A stretch of DNA of 64,000 nt from an uncultured Planctomycetales bacterium (GTDB lineage: Bacteria > Omnitrophota > Gorgyraeia > Zapsychrales > JBDRMG01): assembly GCA_964478715.1 (NCBI GenBank), contig CAYZIY010000004.1, positions 43,351-107,350 of the forward strand, read 5' to 3'. Positions 26,231 through 36,602 of this stretch are shown here, piece after piece. The notes beneath the pieces are model-generated. The model saw only the letters and a list, made by a program, of their open reading frames with translations. It was not told where the DNA came from and made no database searches. The translations under genes were made by a program, and so were the position numbers. Numbering within the stretch: the first letter of the stretch is position 1; the number at the start of each line of letters is the position of its first letter.

Positions 26231-27298
26231 TTATTTGAGGCAGTTACAATTTTTATAATTAGAATTTACGCAAGTATTATAAGACATATTATCGCTAAAC
26301 GTACATATGGTACGATTATCAAATCTTTTGACACACTTTTTCCAATAATAGCTAACGTACAATTTTGTGCATCTATTATCATCAAGGCAATTACTTTTGT
26401 TTCGGCTAGAGCAAGGTGTGGGCTGTGGTCCTTGTGGGGATTGCTTGCAGACAAAAGGGCAAGGGTCAGTCTTACACATTCCAAGAGCATCACAACATTT
26501 TGTCACGCCTCTTTCCCAAATACATCCACGGTCTACGCAATCTTCTTGGTCGAAGAGACATCCACAGTCACATTCGCAGCACTCCCCTACTTCATCGCAT
26601 TCAGGTGAGCAAATCAAGTCTCCACACCGTCCGCAGTCCTGGCAACAGTTGTACGCATCTTCCCCATCTTCACATACACCGTTAGGACATTGCGGCACAA
26701 TGCAATCTCCACTTAAATTAGTAGGCTCCGCCGGAGTTCCCGGCGGCCAGGGAGGGTTGGCCGGGTCAATGCTGGCTGTGTCCACATTATAACTATCTTC
26801 GCCATTGTCCACGCAGCATAAACCATCATCAGCTTCCCAGCAGTTATCCGCGCAGCAGGTATATTTATCCTCTCCGCAAGCCGCGTCGCAAACCCCGTCA
26901 ATCACACAGTTGCTGGCACAACAGTCCTGAGCGCACCATTTTGCGCTGGTGCGATCGTCTTCGTCTAACCCGGAACAACATACATCGCAGGGATTACCGT
27001 ATTGATCCACTCCACAGCCGTCATTGCAGTCTTCACAGCAGTATTCATCCGTGCTGCAGTCATCTTCGATACCGGGAGAGCATACTCCGTCACCGCAAAC
27101 ATCTTGAGGGGTTAATCCAGGATTTCCCGGTTTTTTGATCGGACCTTTGATGGAATCTTCACTGGCATAATCGAAATTTTTTAACAGGGCATTGATGGAG
27201 CGGATCAGGTAAGGGCCCATCAGGATGGCACCGGCCATCACCAGGGTGATGACGGTTGAAAATTCAAGGATAGACTGGGCTTTTTTTCCGTGGCTCAT
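26231..27298 (-). CDS. Cys-rich pilin-like protein, copy B
   Basis: KKA|QSILEF leader; CGDGxC...E repeats; N-terminus identical to copy A. Confidence 0.85.
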   Translation of the reverse strand: MSHGKKAQSILEFSTVITLVMAGAILMGPYLIRSINALLKNFDYASEDSIKGPIKKPGNPGLTPQDVCGDGVCSPGIEDDCSTDEYCCEDCNDGCGVDQYGNPCDVCCSGLDEDDRTSAKWCAQDCCASNCVIDGVCDAACGEDKYTCCADNCWEADDGLCCVDNGEDSYNVDTASIDPANPPWPPGTPAEPTNLSGDCIVPQCPNGVCEDGEDAYNCCQDCGRCGDLICSPECDEVGECCECDCGCLFDQEDCVDRGCIWERGVTKCCDALGMCKTDPCPFVCKQSPQGPQPTPCSSRNKSNCLDDNRCTKLYVSYYWKKCVKRFDNRTICTFSDNMSYNTCVNSNYKNCNCLK

Positions 27299-28747
27299 AT
27301 TTTTGAGAAAAACAATCGTCCTAATGGATAGAATGCATCACCAATGCACAACGCATTCCCCGCAATCTTGGGGGCAGGTCGTGCAGCCTTCACCGTGATC
27401 ACTGCGGCAATCCCCGTCTCCGCAGCAATCGGTGCAGTCTTCAGGGCAGGTGAAACAAGTTTCAGCATTTTCGGATCTGCAATCCCCATCGCCGCAACAA
27501 GGATAGTCAATATTTCCATAATTACAGTCTTGCGGGCAATTTCCGCAATTCTCGCCGGGGCCGCAGCCGTCTCCCAGGCAATCTTTAGAACAATTCACGC
27601 AGGTCTCGCCCAGCTCACAGATATCATTCCCACAGTTGCATGCTACGCCCCAGCAGTCTACAATACAATTCTCGCAATCCTCTCCTGGGTCGCAAACCCA
27701 ATTTCCGCAGGTTCCGTATTCCCCGTCATGAGGAAAACCGCACTTTGCAGAAAAACCGCCATGGGGATTAGCCATGCTAGTTACAAGCTGCCCATTTTCA
27801 CACCGCCAATCACCCATGCCCGGCCACGGCCCCTCTTGCACCCAAGTGGCATTACATTCCTCATAAGCTTGATTGCTATAAAGCTTATTTTTCTTAAGGC
27901 ATATTTGTGGAGGGCAACAGTAACTATCATTGGCACAGGTGTTTGTTACACCCACATCACAAAATTTAAACGTTCCATCATCATTAAGCTCAAACGGGTA
28001 TTCGCACCCATCAAACCAATTATGGTAAGGGTTTATAGTATCTCTGCCAGGGTTAACACACACTTTCCCATAAGAACGTTGTTGGCATTTTCCACAGCAG
28101 CAATCATCACTTGTTTCACAGGTCTCCCATTCTACCACGCAACCCAATGGACAATCATCACTTTGATCGGCAGGCTCCGCCGGAGTTCCCGGCGGCCAGG
28201 GAGGGTTGGCCGGGTCAATGTCGGCTGTGTTCTCATTATAACTATCTTCGCCATTGTCCACGCAGCATAAACCATCATCAGCTTCCCAGCAGTTATCCGC
28301 GCAGCAGGTATATTTATCCTCTCCGCAAGCCGCGTCGCAAACCCTGTCAATCACACAGTTGCTGGAACAACAGTCTTCGGGGCACCAGCTCAAGCTGGTA
28401 CGATCGTCTTCATCTAACTCATGACAACAGGTCGGAGAAGCCTCTCCTTCGGCATTGATTCCGCACCAATCACAGTCTTCGCAACAGTAATCTTCGCTGT
28501 CAGGATTGTCTTCTATCCCTCCGACGCATATTTCATCGCCGCAGACATACTCGGGTGGAATAAATTCATCGCTCCCCGGTTTTTTGAGGGGGCCCTTAAT
28601 GGCTTCTTCGGTGGCGATGTCGTAATTCTTTAACAGGGCATTGATGGAGCGAATCAGGTAGGGGCCCATCAGGATGGCACCGGCCATCACCAGGGTGATA
28701 ACGGTCGAGAATTCAAGGATAGACTGGGCTTTTTTTCCGTGGCTCAT
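26723..28747. repeat. Tandem duplication with 1449-bp offset
   Basis: 26723-26926 matches 28172-28375 and 27180-27298 matches 28629-28747, with only a few mismatches. Confidence 0.9.
27338..28747 (-). CDS. Cys-rich pilin-like protein, copy A
   Basis: KKA|QSILEF leader; CGDGxC...ExCxxCPxDC repeats. Confidence 0.85.
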   Translation of the reverse strand: MSHGKKAQSILEFSTVITLVMAGAILMGPYLIRSINALLKNYDIATEEAIKGPLKKPGSDEFIPPEYVCGDEICVGGIEDNPDSEDYCCEDCDWCGINAEGEASPTCCHELDEDDRTSLSWCPEDCCSSNCVIDRVCDAACGEDKYTCCADNCWEADDGLCCVDNGEDSYNENTADIDPANPPWPPGTPAEPADQSDDCPLGCVVEWETCETSDDCCCGKCQQRSYGKVCVNPGRDTINPYHNWFDGCEYPFELNDDGTFKFCDVGVTNTCANDSYCCPPQICLKKNKLYSNQAYEECNATWVQEGPWPGMGDWRCENGQLVTSMANPHGGFSAKCGFPHDGEYGTCGNWVCDPGEDCENCIVDCWGVACNCGNDICELGETCVNCSKDCLGDGCGPGENCGNCPQDCNYGNIDYPCCGDGDCRSENAETCFTCPEDCTDCCGDGDCRSDHGEGCTTCPQDCGECVVHW

Positions 28748-28856
28748 AAAATAACCTTTCTTTTTTAAGTTTAATATATAAAAGAAGAAAAATCAAACTT
28801 ATTAAAACGAGAATATGAAAAACCAAAAAATATAAAAATCTGAATAAAACCGCTTT

Positions 28857-29222
28857 TTAAAATAATGAATCGACCTCCCGGATCAGCTTATCGCTTTCGA
28901 CGGGCTTAATCAAGACTTTATCGAACCCAAAATGAAGCATTTTCTGGGCTTGATTCTTAGAGAGAACTCCGGTCATCATGATCACCTTTGTATTTTTTAA
29001 ACTCTTGCTGGCTTTCAACTTTTGACAAAAATCGATTCCGCTTTCTTCATCTAGAAGGTAATAATCGACAAGCACAACATCCGGTTTATGCGCTTTGCAA
29101 ATGGTCCACGCCCCGGACACTTTTGAAGCGCAAAATACTTCCCAACCCGCTTCACTGAGAATTTCCGCAAAGCCTTTACGAATCGATTCCTCATCATCGA
29201 CAATTAAAATACTTTTGTTCAT
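28857..29222 (-). CDS. Single-domain response regulator (CheY-like)
   Basis: ILIVDDE, PDVVLVD, MMTG, KP. Confidence 0.9.
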   Translation of the reverse strand: MNKSILIVDDEESIRKGFAEILSEAGWEVFCASKVSGAWTICKAHKPDVVLVDYYLLDEESGIDFCQKLKASKSLKNTKVIMMTGVLSKNQAQKMLHFGFDKVLIKPVESDKLIREVDSLF

Positions 29223-29244
29223 TTTTGACCCGATGTCAACGACC

Positions 29245-32200
29245 TTAAGCCGCCTTTTTTAAGAAAAGCGGCAAAGTAATGATAAAGGTGCTCCCTTTGC
29301 CCCAAACGCTTTTGGCTTTGATCTGACCGCCGTGCTCCCGAATAATTCCCTGGCAAATAAAAAGGCCCAGCCCGGTTCCGCTTTTCTTTTTCGTCGTAAA
29401 AAAAGGATCGAAAATCTGATCCAGATGTTCTTTTTTGATTCCCTCTCCATTATCCTGAATGGTCAAGACGATCCGGTCTTCTTCTTGATCCGTTTTAACG
29501 AGAATCTCTCCCCGCTTGCCTTTCATGCTGTCTGCCGCGTTTAAGATAAGATTCAGCAGAACCTGATGTATTTGCTGCGGCCGGCATTCGATGGCGGGCA
29601 AAGGAGAAGCCCTCTCCGTTTTCAGTTTGATATTTTTGAGCCTCAGCTGGTGCTCAACCAGCTTCATTATTTTCTCAATAAGCTCATTAAGGTCAACCTG
29701 TGATTGTTTTTGATCAGGGGTTTTGTAAATATCCAATAATCTGGAAACAATCGATCGAATTTTCTCAATGTTGGCTTTAACCAAATCGTAATTTTTCTGT
29801 TTCTGATAATTTTTCGGCAAACCGGAGCGCATAATTTCCAGATGCGTCAAAATTCCCTGAAGGGGATTATTGATCTCATGGGCAATACTGGCCGAAAGCC
29901 GGCCCGTGGCGGCCAGGCGTTCGGACTGCCTGAGCTCGCGGGTCCTTTCATCGACCAGCTCTTCTAAATGCTGTCTGTAATTATCCAGCTCCCTTTCCTG
30001 TTTCTTTCTCCGGGTAATGTCTTCGGCAACACCTACCAGGCCGATAATCCGGCCCTGATCATCGCAGAGGGGAACCTTGATCGTGTGCAAAACATGCGCC
30101 CGGCCGTCCAGGGCCCTAAAGGGTTCTTCCGCAATATCCTGACGTTTTCCCGATTCGATCACCTTATGATCCACGAAAGCGGAGAAAGCTTTCTGTTCAT
30201 CGGGTCCGGCAGGACTTTTTTCAGTCAGCAAATTAATGAATTTTTCCGGTGCCACCCCGTAGTCGTTAGCCATTTTCTTATTAACCAGTAAAAATCGTGA
30301 CTTTTTATCTTTAACAAAAACCCATAGCGGCAGGTTATCAAAAACAGTCCGTAAAAGCGTCTCGCTGCGGCGCAGTGCCTCTTCGGCCTCTTTACGCTCG
30401 GTAATATCCCGAACACTGGCCCGATATCCCAGGATGGAGCCTCGATGATCCCTGACGGGCTGAGCGGAAATGGAGAGATAAAGGGAGTACCCGGCTTTGT
30501 TTTTGATCCGGAATTCTTCATCATTGATGATGTCACCCATCAGATATTTTTTGTAAAATTTCTCAACTTTTTCCTTATATTCGGGATAAACCAATTGACG
30601 CAAATCGATACGGCCCGAGTAGAAATCTTTAATCTCATATCCGGTAATCCTCTCCGCGGCCGGATTTATATACGCAATATTTTTTTCTTTATCACGATAC
30701 AATTCCCAGTCGTGGGTATAATCAAAAAACATTCGGAATTTGGCTTCCGAGGCCCGCAGAGCCTCTTCGGCCTTTTTGCGTTCGGTAATATCGATAGCCA
30801 ATTCAAATCGTACATCTCTTCCGTCAGGCCATTTGATAATCCGGTCAAAAATCATATAGTGTTTCTGGAGTTTCCGGTTATAGTATTCCCACTGATAAGT
30901 TTGGTTTCTATTTTTCAAAATGATTCTATTGGTGCAAAAAGGACAGGGTTTATCTAAACCCTGAAAAATGCGGTAACAGATTTTTCCTATCGGATTTTCC
31001 TGAAATGTTTCTTTGAGGAATTTATTAACAAAAAGAATTTTGTCGGTTTTGGGATCTGTTACATAAACGATTTCATTGATGCTGTCAAAAATGGACAACA
31101 ATTGAGCGCGTTCAAACGCGAGGGCTTTCTGCAATCTTTCGCTTTCCGTTATATCGCAGATAATCGTCAAAACGGCAACGACTTTATTTTTCCGGTAAAC
31201 AGGGATTTTTCTGGTCTCTGTCGTGAAACTGCGATTATTTAATGTTGATTTCTCCTGGGTGACAAGCATCTTGCCGCTCTGAAAAACTTCTCTGTATTCC
31301 CGCTTGATTTTTTTGGGCAAAAATGAAAAAACCTCGAAAACATATTTTCCAACAATATTTGCAGGCAGCCCTAACCGTTTATTCCAGCGGATGAATTCCT
31401 GATTGATTAACTGAATCCGCAAATTCTTGTCAACAACATGCACCGCGTCCAGCATGGCATCGATCGTCATCCGGTATTGCTGCTCCGATTCTCTTAACTT
31501 ATCTTCGGTTTCTTTTCTTTCAATGGCGCTGGCGAAAATATCGCCGGCAATTTGGAGGATAGCCACGACTTCATCTGACCAGTCTCTTTCTTTTAGCACG
31601 GAATCAAACCCGACAAAACCCAGAATCCGGTTTTCGGCCTTCATGGGCACGCAGAGCAATGACTGAATAGAAGCTCGTTGAAATTCTCTTTTTTCAGAGG
31701 AGGCCTGAGCCGGCAAGTCTTTCACCCGCAGAAGATTAACCACTTGATTGCCTTTAATTCGCTTAATGAACCAGGGAAAAGATTTGAGAGGTATATTCTG
31801 GAGCCTGGCCTTTTGAGAAGCGATTTCGCGGGCACACCATTCACTGGTATTATTCATAATATTTTGATCATCCGAAAAAAGAAATGTGTAAGCTCGATCA
31901 ACTTGAAGAAAACAGCCAATCTTCCGTAAGGCCTGATTGACCGCTCTGTTTAAATGCCGGGAATCCAAATTGATGAATTTAGCCGAAATAGCTACCAGCA
32001 ATGAATTCAATTTATTCCGGTAATCTGAAAACTGTTCCAGTTTTTTTGCTTCTGTTATATTTCGGGCAATGATCATGGCCGCGGTGATTTTCTCCTGCCG
32101 GTAGACCGGCATACAGCGTGTCGTATAAAAATATCCCTGGCTGTCAGCATATTCGGAATGAATCGTGACTCCCTGTTGAAAGGTCTTTTTAATATCGCGA

Positions 32201-33165
32201 TAAAAGCGTCGGTGATCCTTCTTAGGTATAAAACTCTCTAAGCTTAGACCTACCAAGTCTTCTTTGGAAGGAAGCCCGGGGCGGGACCGATTAACATAGG
32301 TTATGCTCCCTCTGGAGTCAATCATGATCACAAAATCGGGAAGGTTCTCTAGAAGAGACGCCAGCTTCTGCTCGCTTTCTTTGTAATCTGTCTGCGCGAG
32401 TTTCTGCGGCGTCATATCATAAACCATGCTCTGGAAACCAAATAGTTTTCCGTTTTTCTTTAACGGTGTGCTGCGCAGATTCACATAAAGAGCCCTGTTT
32501 TTTCTGGTAAGACAACGGATTTCATGAAAATCACCGGCCTTTTTATTCGTGACAGCTTTGCCAAAAAGGCCCCGCATTCGATCCTTTTCTTGCGGATGCA
32601 GCAAGGCGGAAAAATTTTTATTAAGAAAATCCTGCGGCTGGCCCTCAAACATTTTGCAAAACTGACCGCTAACAAATGTGATGCGCCCCTGAAGATTCAC
32701 GCGACAAATGCCTGCTAAAATATTGGCATAAAGCTCTTCGTATTGCTTTTCCGCTTCCCGCTTGCTTTCTTGAGCCCGCTTACGTTCAATAGCATGGCCG
32801 ATAATCCGCTTCATCATTCGGTTGTTGATCTGGTCTTTGACGACATAATCCTGAGCTCCCCGACGAACCGCCTGAAGAGCAAAAGTATCATCCTCATAGC
32901 TGCTTAAAACGATAATGGGAATCTGCGGAAAACTTTGATGGAGGCGGTCAAAGACTTGTAATCCGGACTGTTTTTGACCGTAAAGATCCAGGAAAAGAAT
33001 ATCGGCTTTAAAATTCTGAAGATAATCCAGAGCTTCATCGAGAATGGGTTTGATCCGAAAGTCAACTGAAAAAGCTCTGTCTTCCGTGCAAATTTTTTTG
33101 ATTAACTGAGCATCGCGGGCATCATCTTCAATGAAAAGAATGCGGATGGGGGATTTGCTTAACAT
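29245..33165 (-). CDS. Hybrid sensor histidine kinase (REC, multiple PAS, GAF, HisKA, HATPase)
   Basis: N-terminal REC; repeated DITE/DITR PAS ends; GAF (LLCVPM..GFVGFD); IAHEINNPL; DNGEGI; GTGLGL. Confidence 0.93.
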   Translation of the reverse strand: MLSKSPIRILFIEDDARDAQLIKKICTEDRAFSVDFRIKPILDEALDYLQNFKADILFLDLYGQKQSGLQVFDRLHQSFPQIPIIVLSSYEDDTFALQAVRRGAQDYVVKDQINNRMMKRIIGHAIERKRAQESKREAEKQYEELYANILAGICRVNLQGRITFVSGQFCKMFEGQPQDFLNKNFSALLHPQEKDRMRGLFGKAVTNKKAGDFHEIRCLTRKNRALYVNLRSTPLKKNGKLFGFQSMVYDMTPQKLAQTDYKESEQKLASLLENLPDFVIMIDSRGSITYVNRSRPGLPSKEDLVGLSLESFIPKKDHRRFYRDIKKTFQQGVTIHSEYADSQGYFYTTRCMPVYRQEKITAAMIIARNITEAKKLEQFSDYRNKLNSLLVAISAKFINLDSRHLNRAVNQALRKIGCFLQVDRAYTFLFSDDQNIMNNTSEWCAREIASQKARLQNIPLKSFPWFIKRIKGNQVVNLLRVKDLPAQASSEKREFQRASIQSLLCVPMKAENRILGFVGFDSVLKERDWSDEVVAILQIAGDIFASAIERKETEDKLRESEQQYRMTIDAMLDAVHVVDKNLRIQLINQEFIRWNKRLGLPANIVGKYVFEVFSFLPKKIKREYREVFQSGKMLVTQEKSTLNNRSFTTETRKIPVYRKNKVVAVLTIICDITESERLQKALAFERAQLLSIFDSINEIVYVTDPKTDKILFVNKFLKETFQENPIGKICYRIFQGLDKPCPFCTNRIILKNRNQTYQWEYYNRKLQKHYMIFDRIIKWPDGRDVRFELAIDITERKKAEEALRASEAKFRMFFDYTHDWELYRDKEKNIAYINPAAERITGYEIKDFYSGRIDLRQLVYPEYKEKVEKFYKKYLMGDIINDEEFRIKNKAGYSLYLSISAQPVRDHRGSILGYRASVRDITERKEAEEALRRSETLLRTVFDNLPLWVFVKDKKSRFLLVNKKMANDYGVAPEKFINLLTEKSPAGPDEQKAFSAFVDHKVIESGKRQDIAEEPFRALDGRAHVLHTIKVPLCDDQGRIIGLVGVAEDITRRKKQERELDNYRQHLEELVDERTRELRQSERLAATGRLSASIAHEINNPLQGILTHLEIMRSGLPKNYQKQKNYDLVKANIEKIRSIVSRLLDIYKTPDQKQSQVDLNELIEKIMKLVEHQLRLKNIKLKTERASPLPAIECRPQQIHQVLLNLILNAADSMKGKRGEILVKTDQEEDRIVLTIQDNGEGIKKEHLDQIFDPFFTTKKKSGTGLGLFICQGIIREHGGQIKAKSVWGKGSTFIITLPLFLKKAA

Positions 33166-33183
33166 GACCTCATTCAGAATGGT

Positions 33184-33792
33184 CTATTTTTTCTTTGTTT
33201 TGCTTCTTGCCGGCGCAACCTTAGGGATCTGGAACAGGGCTTCAATCTCGGCAAGAAGGACTTTCTTGGATGCAGGTTTGGCAAGACAGCGATCGGCTCC
33301 CAGTTTGATCATTTTCTGAAAATTTTCTTCCGAAGGATATCCGGTCAAAACCAAGATCCGGATGTCTTTCAATAAAGGGTTGGACCTGATCAGGCGACAC
33401 GCACTGAAACCGTCCAAACCCTGCATCTTGATATCCAGGATGATGAGATCGGGCTCGCAGTGAATCGCCAATACGCCCGCCTCAAAACCGTCTGAAGCCG
33501 TTTCCACTTTAAATCCCTTGGCGATAAGTATTTCCTTAAGACCAACCCGGATGGCTTCATCATCATCAACGATTAAAATACGGTGCTGTCTTTTCTTATT
33601 GTATTTCAACCGATTGCGTTTGATAAAAGTCTCGAGCTCCCGGGTGGGGATTCGCCGATGACCCCCAAGAGTCTTGACGGCCTTGAGTTTGCCGTTTTCA
33701 ATCCAGTCGATAATGGTAGAATGCGAGACAAATAAGAGATCTCCCGCCTCATAGGTCGTGTAAAAATTCTTATGATTATTTCTCTTGAGCAT
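33184..33792 (-). CDS. Excisionase-type HTH + REC response regulator
   Basis: YTTYEAG..VSHSTIIDWIENGKLKA..TLGGHRRI; REC domain with PDLIILD. Confidence 0.9.
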   Translation of the reverse strand: MLKRNNHKNFYTTYEAGDLLFVSHSTIIDWIENGKLKAVKTLGGHRRIPTRELETFIKRNRLKYNKKRQHRILIVDDDEAIRVGLKEILIAKGFKVETASDGFEAGVLAIHCEPDLIILDIKMQGLDGFSACRLIRSNPLLKDIRILVLTGYPSEENFQKMIKLGADRCLAKPASKKVLLAEIEALFQIPKVAPARSKTKKK

Positions 33793-33975
33793 GAAAATTT
33801 CTTTCTGCTATTTTAAAAATGTGACTGCGGATCCAGCCCCCGTCAAAATAGACACCCTCTTGGATTAATTCTAAGATTCCTAAGAAATCTAATGTCAATG
33901 ATATCATGACCAACGGGCTTTGTCAAACTTTGTCCCGCAGGGGCTTTTCCGAAATGCGAACCTGAAACCGTAACT

Positions 33976-34977
33976 TTATTTGTTCTCATTGGCCTTGATG
34001 ATATCTTGAAGAGACGCGCTTTCTGTCAGAAGCTCGTTGAGGGTAGCTGCAACTTTTTCCTGGGCGAAGTCATTGTGTTCTATTCCGTTAACGATAAGAG
34101 CCCTCTCTCCGCTCCATCGCACCGGAAAGCTGAACATCAGACCAACAGGAACGCGGTAGCTCCCGTCCGAACTCACAGCAACGGAAAAATATTCCCCCTG
34201 TGGTGTCGGGCGGCTCAAAGCCTTGACGGTATCAATAACGGCCTGGGCCGCGGAAGCCGCAGACGAGGATCCGCGGGCCGAAATAATTTCGGCGCCCCTT
34301 TTTTGAACTGATTCAATAAAACTTGTTTTTAACCAGCGATCATCGCCAATCGCCTCGGGAGCCGGGATCCCGTTGATCGTGGCGTGAAACGGATCCGGGA
34401 ACTGAGTCAGGGAATGATTGCCCCAAACAGCCAGATTCTTTATCGCTGAAGACTCGACACCCGCTTTCTGCGCCAGCTGCGCGCAGGCCCGGTTTTGATC
34501 TAGCATGGTCATAGCGAAGAAATTATGAGCAGGAATATTTTTAGCAGCCGACTTGGCAATATACGCATTGGTATTACAGGGATTGCCGACAACTAAAACC
34601 TTTGTTGTCGCCCTGGCGCATTCATTGAGCGCTTTGCCCTGCTCCAGAAAAACGGGAGCGTTGATTTTCAGCAGATCTTTTCTCTGCATCCCCATCTTGC
34701 GCGGAACGCTCCCGACTAAAAGCGCCCAATCAACATTCCTAAAGGCCTTTTGGGGATCATCGGTGATCAGGATATTCTTAAGCAAAGGATAGGCGCAGTC
34801 CTCAAGCTCCATGGCAATGCCTTTCAATTTTCCTAAAGCGCTCTTAAGCTCCAAAAGATACAGTTCGATCTCCGTATCCGGGCCAAACATCTCTCCTGCA
34901 GCGATCCGAAAGACCAGAGAATATCCTATTTGCCCGGCCGCTCCGGTTAAGGCCACTTTCGTTCGCATTCTTGTCAT
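33976..34977 (-). CDS. mdh: Malate dehydrogenase
   Basis: [30 protein letters not shown]. Confidence 0.95.
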   Translation of the reverse strand: MTRMRTKVALTGAAGQIGYSLVFRIAAGEMFGPDTEIELYLLELKSALGKLKGIAMELEDCAYPLLKNILITDDPQKAFRNVDWALLVGSVPRKMGMQRKDLLKINAPVFLEQGKALNECARATTKVLVVGNPCNTNAYIAKSAAKNIPAHNFFAMTMLDQNRACAQLAQKAGVESSAIKNLAVWGNHSLTQFPDPFHATINGIPAPEAIGDDRWLKTSFIESVQKRGAEIISARGSSSAASAAQAVIDTVKALSRPTPQGEYFSVAVSSDGSYRVPVGLMFSFPVRWSGERALIVNGIEHNDFAQEKVAATLNELLTESASLQDIIKANENK

Positions 34978-34995
34978 AACAAAACTCCTTATAGA

Positions 34996-35799
34996 TTAAT
35001 GGCGTCTAATGAAATTGATTCTGCGACGTGTTTTGGGAGGCTCTTCCCCTAAATATCTGACGAAACCATGCTGTCTGGCGAGAAGAATGTCTGCCTTTCT
35101 TGATTCATCCGCCTGGCCAGCTTTATAAAGAACATCCAGGATTTCAATAAAATCTTGCGAATAATCTTTTAAAATTCCCGCATATTCATGCCAGACCTCT
35201 CCCTTTTTTATTTCAAAAACCACCTTGGCTCCAATATGCCTTTCGAGCAAAGGTTCATAGGCGGTGTTAACGGTTGCCATCATATCCTGCTTGATCCGAG
35301 ACACGTATTTTTCCTGCGCGCCCGGCACTCTTGACCCGGGAAAACGACTCTGGGCTTGAACCATAACCATATTGACAAGGTCCATCAGGGCATCTCTCAG
35401 TGTCTTAAAAAAATTCATTGTTCGTCTTTGAGCGCGCCGCATCCAGCAAGGGTGATATGTTCTTTTGAGATCTTTAATCCGCCGGGTATGAGCCTGCTGA
35501 TTGAGATCGTCCAGAAACCGGATAACCAGCCGGATCAGAGGATACTCATTTTTGTAAAATAAATAGCTGGCCTTCTGATGACCCTCTTGATCCCGAAGGA
35601 GCTTACCAAAAAGCAGCTCGCAGCCGGTCGTTTCAACAATGAGCCGGCCTTTGATCTGTTTTCCGTCGATTAATTCGAATGTCACCGTATCTTTTGAGAA
35701 ATCTCTCAGACATTTATCGCGGCTACGACCTTTGGCAAAGATTCCCGCTAATCCAGCCAGAATGATAAAAATAAAAGTCATCGTCAAGCTATCCGGCAT
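34996..35799 (-). CDS. Hypothetical membrane-anchored protein
   Basis: 267-aa ORF in operon; N-terminal TM; two beta-rich Sm-like segments. Confidence 0.7.
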   Translation of the reverse strand: MPDSLTMTFIFIILAGLAGIFAKGRSRDKCLRDFSKDTVTFELIDGKQIKGRLIVETTGCELLFGKLLRDQEGHQKASYLFYKNEYPLIRLVIRFLDDLNQQAHTRRIKDLKRTYHPCWMRRAQRRTMNFFKTLRDALMDLVNMVMVQAQSRFPGSRVPGAQEKYVSRIKQDMMATVNTAYEPLLERHIGAKVVFEIKKGEVWHEYAGILKDYSQDFIEILDVLYKAGQADESRKADILLARQHGFVRYLGEEPPKTRRRINFIRRH

Positions 35800-36598
35800 G
35801 AAGCCCTCTCTTTCTTTTTCTTCCCGGAAGTATATTCTTGGCTTTTTTGATCGCCGACATTTTTAAACGGGCGTAAATGATTTCCTGACGGGTCGCGGAG
35901 CCCTTGGCGATAACGGCTCCCCAGGGATCAACGACCAGGCTGCAACCGTACGAAACCACGCCCTTTTCATTTTTTCCAACTTGATTTAAGGCCAAGACAT
36001 AAGAAGCATTTTCAATGGCCCGGGCCCGGCAGAGAATTTCCCAGTGCGCCCGGCCAGTCTGTTGGGTAAAATTTGATGGAATCGCAAAAACATTAACGCC
36101 TTTTTGAGCCAGGCAGTTAAAAAGAGAGGGAAAGCGCAAATCATAACAAATGGCCAGACCTACTTTAAAGAGTCCGCACGAAAAAGCGCTCAATCGTTTC
36201 CCTGAACGAAAATGCTTTGTCTCATCAATCTTTTTCTTTCCTAAAACAGCTTTAAACAGATTTATTTTTCTGTAGCTGGCCACTGTTCTGCCCTGCGGAT
36301 CAATAGCCAGCGAGGTATTATATACTTTCTTAGATCCGGCAATTTTTTCGTAAACGGATCCGGCCAGCAAAAATATTTCGTTCTGGCGGGCCGCTTCTTT
36401 TAAGAATTTGACGCTGGGTCCGTCTAAGCATTCGCTGTTTCCGCTGATGTCCCGGGAATGAGTCCGCGCGATAAAAAGTTCGGGAAGCAGCACCAGACGC
36501 GCCTTGCGCCGTGCCGCTTGTTCGATCAGCTTGGAGGCATTGAAAAGATTGTCTTCTTTTCTTGTTCCTGCTTGAAACTGGATCAACGCAATCTTCAT
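35789..36598 (-). CDS. Carbon-nitrogen hydrolase (Nit1/deaminated glutathione amidase-like)
   Basis: LPE, YRKINLF, ICYDLRFP, HWEILCRARAIEN. Confidence 0.9.
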   Translation of the reverse strand: MKIALIQFQAGTRKEDNLFNASKLIEQAARRKARLVLLPELFIARTHSRDISGNSECLDGPSVKFLKEAARQNEIFLLAGSVYEKIAGSKKVYNTSLAIDPQGRTVASYRKINLFKAVLGKKKIDETKHFRSGKRLSAFSCGLFKVGLAICYDLRFPSLFNCLAQKGVNVFAIPSNFTQQTGRAHWEILCRARAIENASYVLALNQVGKNEKGVVSYGCSLVVDPWGAVIAKGSATRQEIIYARLKMSAIKKAKNILPGRKRKRGLHAG

Positions 36599-36602
36599 GG
36601 CC

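Noticed and set aside
27295-27519. 74-aa minus-strand ORF bridging the two Cys-rich pilins
   Set aside because: Alternative frame of the Cys-repeat tail of copy A; no independent coding signal
26723-28747. Duplicated pilin blocks as a DGR template/variable repeat pair
   Set aside because: No reverse transcriptase in the window; mismatches include non-adenine and synonymous changes
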